Source of the DNA: a virus
Taxonomy: Duplodnaviria > Heunggongvirae > Uroviricota > Caudoviricetes
Virus record (IMG/VR): IMGVR_UViG_2737471833_000002
Direction: 5' to 3' (one strand)
DNA length: 64,000 nt
The number at the start of each line of letters is the position of its first letter. Within the stretch, counting starts at the first letter, position 1. Below are positions 52,178 to 62,477 of the stretch, piece by piece. Under the pieces are notes generated by a model. That model saw only the letters and a list, made by a program, of their open reading frames with translations. It searched no databases and was not told the DNA's origin. The translations under genes and the position numbers were made by a program.

Positions 52178-52734
52178 CAATTGACTATCAGGCACTGCGA
52201 GATGCGGCAGTTGCAGTAGAAACAGAACCTATGCATCAAAATTTTGTGGCGTTTCGTATGGCGTTCACGCCATCGGTGGCACTGGCACTACTGGATGAAC
52301 GGGAAAGAAACCAGCAATACATCAAACGCCGTGATCAGGAGAACGAGGATATTGCGCTAACGGTAGGGAAGCTGCGCGTTGAGCTTGAAGCAGCAAAATC
52401 AAAACTCAACGAGCAGCGTGAATATTACGAGGGAGTAATCGCGGATGGAAGTAAGCGCATTGCAGAACTGGAAGCACGGGAAATAAAACCAGCCAAAGGT
52501 GAGGTTCTTGTCGTTGTTTCTGGTTTTACTGGTTGCGGAAAAAGCGCCATTGCCGGGGAAATAGAAATCGCGATGAAGGCTATTGGTGTACCGGTTCAGT
52601 GGACTAATGGCGATGCGGAAAAGCGCATGACAGGAGCTGACTGGCTGACAGCGATTGAGATGTACAAACCAACAGTGCGCATCATGGAAGTTAATGTGCC
52701 ACGCGCCGCTGGCATTCGCATCAAAGGAGAGTGA
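52165..52734 (+). CDS. hypothetical protein (189 aa)
   Basis: ORF in operon with overlapping junctions. Confidence 0.4.
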   Translation: MARMTIDYQALRDAAVAVETEPMHQNFVAFRMAFTPSVALALLDERERNQQYIKRRDQENEDIALTVGKLRVELEAAKSKLNEQREYYEGVIADGSKRIAELEAREIKPAKGEVLVVVSGFTGCGKSAIAGEIEIAMKAIGVPVQWTNGDAEKRMTGADWLTAIEMYKPTVRIMEVNVPRAAGIRIKGE

Positions 52735-52735
52735 T

Positions 52736-53251
52736 ATGGCGTTAACACACCGCGAACTCTGTCAGATTGCGTACAAGTTCCTTAAGCGCAACGGGTTCAA
52801 GGTTTGTTTTCATGACCGCTTTATAGCTGTAACCAGTACCGGAGAACAGCCAGATGCTATGGGATTCAGAAATTCAGCATCATGCCTGATAGAGGCGAAG
52901 TGTTCTCGTGCTGACTTGTTGGCAGATAGAAAAAAGCGTTTCCGTAAAAATCCCTCACTTGGCATGGGCGACTGGCGATTCTTTATTAGTGAGCCGGGAA
53001 TTATTTCAGTTGAGGATTTACCTCCCGGCTGGGGATTACTTCACGTTGTTAACGGAAGAGTACGGAAAGTACATGGATGGCCCAAGGGGAATTGCTGTTG
53101 GGGTAACCCTGAAGATAAACCTTTTATTGGGAATAAGCAGGTTGAATGCGATTACATGTTATCTGCATTAAGGCGCATGGAGTTGAGAGGGCACCTTAAT
53201 GAAATATATGACGGTGTAATTGTTAATAAGAAAGAAGGAAACGCGGCATGA
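52736..53251 (+). CDS. putative PD-(D/E)XK-fold nuclease-like protein
   Basis: ATG 52736 with RBS AAAGGAGAG (track ORF from 52655); ...PDAMGF...LIEAKCSRADL... reminiscent of a D...EAK motif. Confidence 0.35.
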   Translation: MALTHRELCQIAYKFLKRNGFKVCFHDRFIAVTSTGEQPDAMGFRNSASCLIEAKCSRADLLADRKKRFRKNPSLGMGDWRFFISEPGIISVEDLPPGWGLLHVVNGRVRKVHGWPKGNCCWGNPEDKPFIGNKQVECDYMLSALRRMELRGHLNEIYDGVIVNKKEGNAA

Positions 53252-53964
53252 TCACTATTACCAAAGAGCGACTACTTACAATCAAGCAGTGGCGCGAAAC
53301 ATACGGACCGGGTAGCAACGTTGTACTGCCAGCAGAAGAAGCAGAAGAACTGGCACGAATTGCGCTGGCATCGCTGGAAGCAGATCCAGTTGCTTATATT
53401 TTCAAACATCCGGCCGGGAAATTATTCTGGTCTTTAACGGATGAAAGCAATAAAGAGCAAGCGGACGTTATTCCTGTTTATGCTGCCGCGCCTGCGTCGG
53501 TTGTGCCGGATAATGCATCAGAGCCTCTTGCTTATGCTTACAAAGAGCTTACGCCTGAGATTATGCGCAACCATTTAGCTGTATTCGAGCGATATGGAAT
53601 AGCCCCAAACGATAGCTCTACCACAATTCAGGCACTGCGAATCGCGCTGGATGGCATAGAGCGGAGCGACGCCATGCTTCATGGTGCCGAACCTGTAAGC
53701 CAAACTTACAAGTTGAACCAGCTATCGGGCAACTCTCCGGCAACTCCGGATGGTTGGATAAGCTGTAGTGAGCGAATGCCGAATACCAAAACAGCCGTTC
53801 TTGTTGCCGTGGAGTTTGACAGGAAAGGTGACTGGCGAATGAAATGGGCTACTTACATCCCCGGGCATCCTGACGCTAATGATGGGTGGATAATTCCTGG
53901 TGCGTCGTGGAAACCGTCACACTGGATGCCGCTACCAGAACCGCCGCAGGAGGTGAATCAATGA
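53248..53964 (+). CDS. DUF551-like protein
   Basis: C-terminal ...DGWISCSERMPN...WKPSHWMPLPEPP pattern typical of DUF551 proteins. Confidence 0.4.
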   Translation: MITITKERLLTIKQWRETYGPGSNVVLPAEEAEELARIALASLEADPVAYIFKHPAGKLFWSLTDESNKEQADVIPVYAAAPASVVPDNASEPLAYAYKELTPEIMRNHLAVFERYGIAPNDSSTTIQALRIALDGIERSDAMLHGAEPVSQTYKLNQLSGNSPATPDGWISCSERMPNTKTAVLVAVEFDRKGDWRMKWATYIPGHPDANDGWIIPGASWKPSHWMPLPEPPQEVNQ

Positions 53965-54028
53965 GCTGGCCTGAAGCATTCACCACGGTAGGAATTGTGA
54001 TGGCGGCAGCACTGGGTTTGTATTCAAT

Positions 54029-54280
54029 TTGTCGCTGGTGGTAACGATGGGAAAAATAACTTTTGTAGTCGAATTTGAGGATGACAAAGAGCCACCTGTT
54101 AGCGCCAATCTTGATGTTGCTGGTGGCAGGCTGGTTTCGGTTCTATTTGGTGATTACCGCGACGACTTCTTTCAGCCTGAAGAAGTTGATGTAGTGCGAG
54201 AAGCATTAAACGAGCTAAGTGTTGATAACGATGATGCTCATGCGGAAATCATCAAAAAAATGGAACTGCTAACTCACTAA
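54029..54280 (+). CDS. hypothetical acidic protein (83 aa)
   Basis: ORF with ATG start. Confidence 0.35.
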   Translation: MSLVVTMGKITFVVEFEDDKEPPVSANLDVAGGRLVSVLFGDYRDDFFQPEEVDVVREALNELSVDNDDAHAEIIKKMELLTH

Positions 54281-54458
54281 ATTATCAATTATGGTGCTAT
54301 CACCTACGACACCGAGAGAAAATTTATAATGTCAAAAGTAAATGTTTTGATTTTTTCAGCAATTGTTGGCTTTGGTTTTACTGCCGGAGTGCAGATTTAT
54401 ATTGCGTGGGAAAAAATCATCAACTACGCATGGAGTTGTTTTATTAAGTGAGGTAAGT

Positions 54459-54752
54459 ATGTGGAGAGGTAATAGTCATGGCAAAAGCCAGATGATACTT
54501 ACCGAATATAAGCTAGACCACAAAGCCAATAAATCACGCTCAGTATATTTGCTCCGGCACAATAGCCGCGTAAGAAATACCGTGCTGGAACAAAATCTGA
54601 CAGTTGAAATGGATAATTACGGTGGATTCAAGCCAACAATTTCGCTTGATGATTTTCCTCGTGGTTTAAGCGAAAGAGAAGCAATGCTGAAATTAGCAGA
54701 ATGGCTACAAAGATTAAGCATTGCTATTGAAGATAACTGGTCTGAACCTTAA
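54459..54752 (+). CDS. hypothetical protein (97 aa)
   Basis: ATG 54459 with RBS GTGAGGT; track ORF from 54363. Confidence 0.35.
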   Translation: MWRGNSHGKSQMILTEYKLDHKANKSRSVYLLRHNSRVRNTVLEQNLTVEMDNYGGFKPTISLDDFPRGLSEREAMLKLAEWLQRLSIAIEDNWSEP

Positions 54753-54758
54753 ATTTAT

Positions 54759-55133
54759 ATGATGACACTAAAACATTTTCTTGACCGCCCATTATGGGCG
54801 GCAGCCGCAGGCTATGACTTTAATTATATGGATTGCATGTCTTATACTGCCAATGCATACGACCATTCGTTCAGCCTGCTGTTTAATTCTTTAAGAATAT
54901 TGCCGGAAACAGAAGTTGGAGAGCTTCATTTATGGATATTGGGCTTTATCGCGGCTGTCGTTGGTATTGCTGTATGGCCTTTTATTTTCTGGCTGGTGGC
55001 TGTTGTAGTGTGGTTTAAGTGCAAGACATACCGGAGAAAGTATTTCTTAGGTGATGGAATGACCGATATTGCCAAAATGAACATTGAAAAATGGACTAAG
55101 GAATGTGAAAAGAAATGGCGCAAAAAGAAATGA
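54759..55133 (+). CDS. small membrane protein
   Basis: Hydrophobic segment ILGFIAAVVGIAVWPFIFWLVAVVVWF. Confidence 0.4.
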   Translation: MMTLKHFLDRPLWAAAAGYDFNYMDCMSYTANAYDHSFSLLFNSLRILPETEVGELHLWILGFIAAVVGIAVWPFIFWLVAVVVWFKCKTYRRKYFLGDGMTDIAKMNIEKWTKECEKKWRKKK

Positions 55134-55789
55134 CTACTCTAACGACAGCATACTTACAGCAATTGGTATTTTTTGCAGGCGAGGCTACTTGTCATCCTGA
55201 CGCAAACTATTTATTGGAATTTGAGAGGTTAGCGTCACCCGGTATCGTTCTGGAACTGGCCCAACAGGTGCTGGCCTTGAGACAAAAAGAGCAACATGAA
55301 AGTAATACGTGTAGATTGAATTTTGAGCAGTGGCTGGAACAGCAACGCGGAAAAATCGATGTGGACTGTGGTTGTGTGTCCACTGAAACATTCATGCACT
55401 GGCTGCGGGTAGCTTACGAGGCTGGCAACTATCCGGATATTCCGGATAGTTCGGTGCCAGCGCCAGGAAAGGGCGTCACCGGTGAACGTATCCGCATTAA
55501 GCCGCATGTTTATCGCGAACTGGTTAACCGTCTCCACGATACAGCGATCAAGTGTGCTGGCACCCAGCAATTACGAGAAAGAATTAGCCGTGTTTTGGGC
55601 GACGTTATTACGCCATATCATCATAAACAAGCCGAGAAAAGCGGTCTGGAAAGGTGTCATCTTGAGGCAGCATTAAACATTAAGCCGGGGCATACGCTTG
55701 GCATTATTGATGCACTGTTGGTTCATAAGATGGCCAGGGCTTTATTGTCGTTGGTGGACGCTGGTGATACAAGCGAGGGTGAAGTATGA
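55115..55789 (+). CDS. hypothetical protein (224 aa)
   Basis: ORF in operon. Confidence 0.4.
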   Translation: MAQKEMTTLTTAYLQQLVFFAGEATCHPDANYLLEFERLASPGIVLELAQQVLALRQKEQHESNTCRLNFEQWLEQQRGKIDVDCGCVSTETFMHWLRVAYEAGNYPDIPDSSVPAPGKGVTGERIRIKPHVYRELVNRLHDTAIKCAGTQQLRERISRVLGDVITPYHHKQAEKSGLERCHLEAALNIKPGHTLGIIDALLVHKMARALLSLVDAGDTSEGEV

Positions 55790-56148
55790 GAGTTGCAGAT
55801 CACATCAAACACCTTGAAAGAATTATCGAAAACGGTGAACTCTTAAGAGATCAGATGAGACGCACGGCAGAAGCCAGGGAGGCGATAATCCGCAGTCAGG
55901 CTGGTAAATTAAAGCAATTGTCAGAGATTAACACGCTATACAAGAACAGACGTAACCGGGCGGTGATGCGGCTTCAGAAAGCACGTAATGAAATTAAATT
56001 GGTGGAGGCAAAACTGAAAAAACAGATCCAGCGTTACGATCAGCAAGATGCTTTTTATGCCGCCATCAAGGCGGCTGCTAATGAAATAGGCATCTGGAAG
56101 TTGCTGGTGGAGAAAGCAAAGACGAAGTTAAATGCCAACGAAAGCTGA
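55786..56148 (+). CDS. coiled-coil protein (120 aa), last gene of the plus-strand accessory operon
   Basis: Overlapping start; helical, Lys/Arg/Glu-rich. Confidence 0.4.
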   Translation: MRVADHIKHLERIIENGELLRDQMRRTAEAREAIIRSQAGKLKQLSEINTLYKNRRNRAVMRLQKARNEIKLVEAKLKKQIQRYDQQDAFYAAIKAAANEIGIWKLLVEKAKTKLNANES

Positions 56149-57223
56149 ACTACAGGTGCCCACCAGCACATACAGAAAATGATTGTTTCCACATCAAGGA
56201 GATTTTAATGTTTCACTGAAACATTAAGTAAGCCAGTGCATAATTCCATTTTTTACTGACCTTAAAAGCAAAATCAAAACGATGATGAGGATAATAGCCA
56301 GAATCTGGCTAATAATAGGCGCATCTAAAAATGCACTCAGGAACTGAAAAAAAGCGTTCATTCAGGTGGTTCCTTGTCAAATGTAAAGGTGCACTTGCTC
56401 ACGTTGACGTAGAAACCCAACCCCTATATAGTTGGATTCGGTGAATGAAAGTCGTTAACGTGAGCTTACGGCACATGTTTTCGGAAAAACATCAGGGAAC
56501 GGCTAATTCCTTGATGCGGGTGGGGTCTGTAATGCAGACCCTATCTATTAACGTCATGATTGCATCTCAAATTTTCTCCTTATCTTCAATTAATCTACAT
56601 TCATTTCATCTGTTAGCCACCACAATATGTAGAAAATGGCCCTCTTGCAAGTGCATAACTTTGTGGATAACTCAGGAAGGAAAAAGTGGCTTTCGCGCAC
56701 CTTCGGTCAGACAAGGTGTCCGGGAAAGTCAACGCAAAGAAAAAAATTGTTAAAAATAACGTTTGTTGGAATTGTATATTTTTATCCCCTTCAATGGTTA
56801 GCATTCTATTAACATCTTTTTTTAGAGACAGAAAAACATATCGTAACAACATATATACAGTGTTAAGAGGCGAGTATTATCCTGCGGTGGGAATTCTGGG
56901 CGCTGTTAGATTCGACTTTCTCAGCAGGATTACATCGTCAACTTGCGACGTTGCCGTATGACTTTCGTGTGATAGGTGACAATGATGCGGCTAGTGAGTT
57001 ACTTGTGAAGTTTTTCGGAAAAGGTTTTGTGGCCTCGGATCTTGATGAGCTACAGCAACATGAAGTGTCTAATTTGATTTTTAGCTATAGCCAATAAGCC
57101 TCCCTCCTCCATCAAGGCCACAATTTGTGACCTTAAACAATTTGTTTTCTGCTTTTTCTTATTTGAGAAAATAACGTTGTTGACAGCTAATAGGCTCATT
57201 GTTGTTATACATGCCTGTATAGA

Positions 57224-57580
57224 TTATGACCGTAAATTATTAGCGGATTTTAAGCCATATTCACCGTTGTAGAAATTACTCATGTTCCATTCATTAGGAA
57301 GTTCTTTTCTGTCCAATGTATAGTGGCGCACGATATAACGATCTTCATCTTCTTCGATGGACAGGCGGACATAGCCAATGTGAATCACCGATACGGGCGG
57401 TGTTCGTATTGCATAGATGTCGCGGAGATATACCGGCAGCTCGACAAATGCATCAGGTGCATCTGTGATGCTCGTTTTTTCACAGTATTCATATAACGCA
57501 TCGTTGATATCGTTAAGAGATTCATGATCGTATATTTCCAGGTAATTACCGCGATCGCGATGGTACTCGATTTTAGCCAT
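57224..57580 (-). CDS. hypothetical protein (118 aa)
   Basis: Abuts the upstream gene; divergent from humD. Confidence 0.4.
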   Translation of the reverse strand: MAKIEYHRDRGNYLEIYDHESLNDINDALYEYCEKTSITDAPDAFVELPVYLRDIYAIRTPPVSVIHIGYVRLSIEEDEDRYIVRHYTLDRKELPNEWNMSNFYNGEYGLKSANNLRS

Positions 57581-58165
57581 TCAAAATCCTCTGTTATCGT
57601 TTTGCATTTCTCTAATCCGGTTCAGAACTACTTCGTGCTGGACTTGGATAGCGGCTTTTTCGTTTTCAAGCCGGGCAATAGACATCTCTAATTCTTTGCT
57701 GTACCAGGCGAGCTGGGCCAGGTTCATCCGGTTGTGGTCGAGAGTTGGAGACACTTCGACGCGATCCCTTTCTTCCTGCTTTAATGAGAAGAGATTCATC
57801 TCATCCCTTGAGGAAAATTCAGCAACAATTTCTTGTTGATGATCCGGTCGCTGCGGCATCCTCGCCAGTATAAATGGCGGTTCTTTTGAAAACATGAATG
57901 ACGGTTTAGACCGTGTTTTGACCCATCTAGCTTGCTGTCTTTCGGCAAGTTCACAGGCTTCATCATAGTTATCTACAAAACCAAGCACGGATGGACGGTC
58001 CCACGCGCCACCATTCAGACAATAAACAAGAATTTTCCCGTCAGGTTCTGTAACTCCATAGGGATGGTCCCACCAGGCGTCCAGCTGGGCTTTGGAGCGT
58101 TTCTCGTTAGGAGTGCAGTCAAAATTTTTGGGCAATGCAGGATCGAGAGGAATGCGGGCAGGCAT
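57581..58165 (-). CDS. hypothetical protein (194 aa), divergent from humD across the LexA box
   Basis: ATG with RBS AAGGAA. Confidence 0.45.
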   Translation of the reverse strand: MPARIPLDPALPKNFDCTPNEKRSKAQLDAWWDHPYGVTEPDGKILVYCLNGGAWDRPSVLGFVDNYDEACELAERQQARWVKTRSKPSFMFSKEPPFILARMPQRPDHQQEIVAEFSSRDEMNLFSLKQEERDRVEVSPTLDHNRMNLAQLAWYSKELEMSIARLENEKAAIQVQHEVVLNRIREMQNDNRGF

Positions 58166-58299
58166 GGCTAATTCCTTATTAATTGATTAGTAACGAGGTT
58201 ACGCTGATCCAGCGGTGATGAATAGTAGCAAAGCGCACAAAGTCATCAGAGGGGTTAAGATCCATAACGCGTTTGCACCAAAGGTGTCTCTTTAATGTA

Positions 58300-58319
58300 T
58301 ACTGTATAAATAAACAGTA
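58300..58319. promoter_or_regulatory. LexA box (SOS operator)
   Basis: TACTGTATAAATAAACAGTA, a CTGT-N8-ACAG palindrome, about 20 bp upstream of humD. Confidence 0.7.
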
Positions 58320-58338
58320 TTATTGAGGTGAAAACGCT

Positions 58339-58728
58339 ATGGGCTTCCCTTCTCCTGCGGCGGATTATGTTGAAAGCCGAATTTCTCTTGATCAGCAACT
58401 AATCAGGCATCCATCAGCAACCTACTTCATGCGGGCAGCTGATAGCCATCACCGTGAGGGAATATTGCAGGGTGCTTTGCTGGTGGTTGATTCTTCGCTT
58501 ACTCCAGTTGATGGTTCGCTGCTTGTGTGCGCTATGGAGGGTGAATATCGCATAAAGAGATACCGAAAGTATCCGCGCCAGCACCTGGAGGATTTAAGCA
58601 CCGGGAAGAAAGAGGCGTTACCAGTAGATGACGATGGATGCACGGGCAGTAATGCTGTGTTTGGTGTGATCACTCATGTCATTAATGATGCCCGAAGTGG
58701 GGAATTTGATGATTGTCCGGTGATTTAA
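58339..58728 (+). CDS. humD: UmuD-like SOS mutagenesis protein (HumD)
   Basis: 129 aa; LexA/UmuD-type C-terminal domain; LexA box upstream; position before phd-doc as in P1. Confidence 0.8.
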   Translation: MGFPSPAADYVESRISLDQQLIRHPSATYFMRAADSHHREGILQGALLVVDSSLTPVDGSLLVCAMEGEYRIKRYRKYPRQHLEDLSTGKKEALPVDDDGCTGSNAVFGVITHVINDARSGEFDDCPVI

Positions 58729-58800
58729 GCTGCAAAGTGCTGGTGCTTTATGCCTGTGAAGTTTATAATTGTGTACACATAACGAGTACACGAGGTGTTT

Positions 58801-59022
58801 ATGCAATCCATTAACTTCCGTACCGCGCGCGGCAACCTTTCTGAAGTGCTCAACAATGTTGAAGCCGGGGAAGAGGTTGAAATCACCCGCAGAGGCCGTG
58901 AGCCAGCAGTAATTGTCAGCAAGGCTACTTTCGAAGCCTACAAAAAAGCGGCGCTGGATGCTGAATTTGCATCCCTGTTTGACACCCTGGACTCCACCAA
59001 CAAGGAACTGGTTAACCGATAA
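58801..59022 (+). CDS. phd: Phd antitoxin
   Basis: [73 protein letters not shown] matches P1 Phd as I remember it; ATG 58801 (track ORF begins at GTG 58795). Confidence 0.9.
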   Translation: MQSINFRTARGNLSEVLNNVEAGEEVEITRRGREPAVIVSKATFEAYKKAALDAEFASLFDTLDSTNKELVNR

Positions 59023-59402
59023 TGAGGCATATATCACCGGAAGAACTTATTGCGCTTCATGATGCGAATATAAACCGCTACGGCGGCCTGCCGGGAATGT
59101 CAGATCCGGGTAGGGCAGAGGCCATTATCGGGAGAGTTCAGGCCAGAGTTGCCTACGAAGAGATCACCGACCTTTTCGAAGTCTCCGCCACCTACCTGGT
59201 GGCTACGGCGAGAGGGCATATATTCAATGATGCCAATAAGCGTACCGCGCTAAACAGTGCGCTGTTATTTCTACGCCGTAACGGGGTGCAGGTATTTGAT
59301 TCACCTGAACTGGCAGACCTTACCGTAGGGGCTGCGACTGGCGAGATATCTGTATCTTCTGTCGCCGCCACGTTACGTAGATTGTACGGTTCTGCGGAGT
59401 AG
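59022..59402 (+). CDS. doc: Doc toxin (Fic-fold kinase)
   Basis: 126 aa; start overlaps the phd stop (TAATG); sequence matches P1 Doc as I remember it. Confidence 0.9.
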   Translation: MRHISPEELIALHDANINRYGGLPGMSDPGRAEAIIGRVQARVAYEEITDLFEVSATYLVATARGHIFNDANKRTALNSALLFLRRNGVQVFDSPELADLTVGAATGEISVSSVAATLRRLYGSAE

Positions 59403-59406
59403 ATTA

Positions 59407-59586
59407 ATGGCACGCAAATACAACAAATTGTCCCGTGAAGCGTTAAAGATGCTTCTTGATGGCGTGAGTCGCCGCAAGGTAAAGCAATACCTGGTTGGTA
59501 AGCAAATTGGAGTCAGGACCGCTATTGCTGTGTTATGCCGTCAGGAAATGGTTGTGCTTAAACAGAGAATGCCGGGCAGCAGATAA
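59407..59586 (+). CDS. small basic protein (59 aa, post-doc gene)
   Basis: MARKYNKLSREALKMLLDGVSRRKVKQYLVGKQIG...; GGAG upstream; below track cutoff. Confidence 0.35.
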   Translation: MARKYNKLSREALKMLLDGVSRRKVKQYLVGKQIGVRTAIAVLCRQEMVVLKQRMPGSR

Positions 59587-59613
59587 AGCCCAATCAGTGA
59601 TTAAAGGTGTGAT

Positions 59614-60657
59614 GTGAAAGCCGTAATTACTCCCTTTGTACAGAAAGAGCTTGGCCTCGCCACGTTCAAAGTGGATCAGGAGGTCAGAAAGCTGGTGGAG
59701 GCTGGCCGTAAATTTATTATGGAGCCGGTGCCGCGTGAGTTAATCGAGCACATGGAAGACGGCCTCGTTGTTACCGAGCAAACCATGGCAACAAATGAGG
59801 CGTTGCAGCCGTTTTTTAACAGCGATGAACTGTTTCGCCGTATTGGTGGAATTGACGCGCTGGTGGCGTGGTTGCGTAGGAAAGAGGGTCAATGCCAGGC
59901 CGCAGATCGTAGTTGGTGTGACAATCATATTGTCCACGCTGAACGAGACAATAGCGCGGTGTTGTTGTGCTGGCATCACGATAACCATTATCGGATGCGT
60001 GGTTTTAATGAGCTGAAAGAAACGCTGCACAATAATCGCGTTAACTGGATACTGGATGTCGCCCGTCAGGAAATGGGCCTTTCAAATAGCCATGATTTAA
60101 GTATTCAGGAGCTGTGCTGGTGGGCTTTCATGCGCAACATGATGCACCTGATGCCGGAAGAAGTCTGCCGCATATCAATAAATAAGATGAAGGCTACTCC
60201 GCAGGATAGCGGACCTCTGAAAGAGGCGGATATTCGCCCGTATGACGATCGCGCTACAGCATATGTTCAGATGATGGAAGAACGCGCCGCGCCGATGCGT
60301 GCAAAAGTATGCCCTGTGGATGTTGACTCCGACCCTGGCATGGCGCATTTCAGAATACCAAAACTGCAATCGCTAAAATTACCTGAGTACATGGACTTTG
60401 TTGCTTCCCGTCCATGCTGTGGGTGTGGAGCTGCGGGAGCTGGCGCTCACATTACGCCTTATATCGTTCGTCATAGTCGATTATGCGCGCATGACATTTA
60501 CGCAATTCCTCTGTGCCAGTCATGCCAGCGTGATATTGAGCGTGACCGCGATAATTGGGAGAAGATGCACGGTAGGTTGGCGATGCATCAACGATTGTTC
60601 TTTGATTACGCGCTTGGAGTGGGCGTTATCACAAGTCATTCGTCGAGCGTTAGATAA
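59614..60657 (+). CDS. hypothetical Cys/His-rich protein (347 aa)
   Basis: Several Cys/His clusters; follows doc. Confidence 0.45.
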   Translation: MKAVITPFVQKELGLATFKVDQEVRKLVEAGRKFIMEPVPRELIEHMEDGLVVTEQTMATNEALQPFFNSDELFRRIGGIDALVAWLRRKEGQCQAADRSWCDNHIVHAERDNSAVLLCWHHDNHYRMRGFNELKETLHNNRVNWILDVARQEMGLSNSHDLSIQELCWWAFMRNMMHLMPEEVCRISINKMKATPQDSGPLKEADIRPYDDRATAYVQMMEERAAPMRAKVCPVDVDSDPGMAHFRIPKLQSLKLPEYMDFVASRPCCGCGAAGAGAHITPYIVRHSRLCAHDIYAIPLCQSCQRDIERDRDNWEKMHGRLAMHQRLFFDYALGVGVITSHSSSVR

Positions 60658-60658
60658 A

Positions 60659-60675
60659 ATTGCTCTAATGTATTG
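60659..60675 (+). promoter_or_regulatory. C1-operator-like site
   Basis: ATTGCTCTAATGTATTG (14/17), 1 nt after the upstream stop, before the lpa-like gene. Confidence 0.45.
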
Positions 60676-60745
60676 CTATTTCTTTAATCGAGTGTATTAT
60701 ATTCCACGTTGATTAGTTGACATGGGCTAATCAGTAGGTGACAGG

Positions 60746-61198
60746 ATGTTACTTAACTGGCAGGGACGCCACTTCATGGAAATAAATCACTCACGAATAA
60801 CATCGTACGAGATTGCGGATTACATGATCCGCACTAAATCTCTTCTATCAGCGAAAGAACTCGCAGCAATTCTTGAAAAGGAATACCCACATCTGGATGT
60901 CGATAAGCGCGATGTTTATCTGCGCTTAAAGGCTATCGCTGTGTCTAAGTATTCGTCTGTTTTGATTGATGACAGTACACGCCCACGTAGATTTCAGATC
61001 CACTCTCTGAATCCTGAATTCTTTCGCCGTAGCCGCGCTCCGCGCCGGTTTGATGAAAAACTCCAGAACGAACTCTATATGACGCAGGACGAAAAGGAAC
61101 GCCGGGAGCACCAGCCTTGGGTAATGGCGCGTCAACTTTTCAATAAGGTGGCCCGTCAGCACCGTCATTACGGTAATGCCACATCCGCACGTATCTGA
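60746..61198 (+). CDS. lpa: late promoter activator-like protein (Lpa-like, by synteny)
   Basis: 150 aa, directly upstream of pacA and behind a C1-operator-like site, as for P1 lpa; no motif verified. Confidence 0.4.
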   Translation: MLLNWQGRHFMEINHSRITSYEIADYMIRTKSLLSAKELAAILEKEYPHLDVDKRDVYLRLKAIAVSKYSSVLIDDSTRPRRFQIHSLNPEFFRRSRAPRRFDEKLQNELYMTQDEKERREHQPWVMARQLFNKVARQHRHYGNATSARI

Positions 61199-61283
61199 TT
61201 GATTGCTTGCCCGTTCCGGGCCTTTTGACATGTGACTTTCGTTACCCTCGCGTCAAAAAGAGTTTTTACGAAAGGAAGCATAA

Positions 61284-62477
61284 GTGACCTGGGACGATCA
61301 CAAGAAGAATTTTGCTCGCCTGGCGCGAGATGGTGGTTACACCATCGCACAGTATGCCGCCGAGTTTAATCTTAACCCTAATACTGCACGTCGTTATCTC
61401 CGTGCCTTCAAAGAAGACACCAGGACAGCGGACAGCCGCAAGCCAAATAAGCCAGTCAGGAAGCCACTAAAAAGCATGATCATTGATCACTCTAATGATC
61501 AACATGCAGGTGATCACATTGCGGCTGAAATAGCGGAAAAACAAAGGGTTAATGCCGTTGTCAGTGCCGCAGTCGAGAATGCGAAGCGCCAAAATAAGCG
61601 CATAAATGATCGTTCTGATGATCATGACGTGATCACCCGCGCCCACCGGACCTTACGTGATCGCCTGGAACGCGACACCCTGGATGATGATGGTGAACGC
61701 TTTGAATTCGAAGCTGGCGATTACCTGATAGATAACGTTGAAGCGCGGAAGGCCGCGCGCGCTATGTTGCGTCGGTCCGGGGCCGATGTTCTGGAAACCA
61801 CTCTTCTTGAAAAGTCTCTTTCTCATCTCCTTATGCTGGAGAACGCCAGGGATACGTGTATTCGCCTGGTGCAGGAAATGCGCGATCAGCAAAAAGACGA
61901 TGATGAAGGTACTCCGCCTGAATACCGTATCGCGAGCATGCTAAACAGCTGTTCCGCGCAGATAAGCAGTCTGATCAACACCATTTACAGCATCCGGAAT
62001 AACTATCGAAAAGAAAGCCGGGAGGCGGAAAAGCACGCTTTGTCTATGGGGCAAGCTGGCATTGTTAAGCTGGCATACGAACGAAAGCGTGAAAATAACT
62101 GGTCAGTGCTGGAAGCGGCTGAATTCATCGAGGCGCATGGAGGAAAAGTGCCGCCCCTGATGCTGGAGCAAATCAAAGCCGATCTGCGTGCTCCTAAGAC
62201 CAATACCGATGATGAGGAAAGGCAAACTGCCGTCGGTGGCCCTTCTCTTGAAGATCTGGACAAAGTTGCGCGAGAACGGGCCGCCAACCGCCGCGCCGAT
62301 GCCGCATTGTGGATTGAGCAACGTAGGGAAGAAATCGCCGATATCGTTGATACAGGCGGTTATGGAGATGTTGATACTGAAGGTGTATCAAACGACCCAT
62401 GGCTGGAACAAGACCTGGACGAAGACGAGGAGGAAGACGAAGAAGTTACCCGCAAGCTATACGGGGATGATGATTAA
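61284..62477 (+). CDS. pacA: DNA packaging protein PacA (terminase small-subunit-like)
   Basis: 397 aa; N-terminal HTH-like segment; contains the pac hexamer clusters; acidic C-terminus; upstream of pacB. Confidence 0.75.
   Translation: MTWDDHKKNFARLARDGGYTIAQYAAEFNLNPNTARRYLRAFKEDTRTADSRKPNKPVRKPLKSMIIDHSNDQHAGDHIAAEIAEKQRVNAVVSAAVENAKRQNKRINDRSDDHDVITRAHRTLRDRLERDTLDDDGERFEFEAGDYLIDNVEARKAARAMLRRSGADVLETTLLEKSLSHLLMLENARDTCIRLVQEMRDQQKDDDEGTPPEYRIASMLNSCSAQISSLINTIYSIRNNYRKESREAEKHALSMGQAGIVKLAYERKRENNWSVLEAAEFIEAHGGKVPPLMLEQIKADLRAPKTNTDDEERQTAVGGPSLEDLDKVARERAANRRADAALWIEQRREEIADIVDTGGYGDVDTEGVSNDPWLEQDLDEDEEEDEEVTRKLYGDDD
61477..61635. other. pac site: four plus three TGATC(A/G) hexamers flanking the cleavage region
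   Basis: TGATCA x4 at about 61477-61516 and TGATCG/TGATCA/TGATCA at about 61607-61635, each carrying a Dam GATC. Confidence 0.65.

Noticed and set aside
56445-56961. Track ORFs 56445-56753, 56613-56852 and 56686-56961 in the AT-rich gap
   Set aside because: Low-complexity translations, overlapping each other on both strands, no RBS; region treated as non-coding apart from a possible 45-aa minus-strand ORF.
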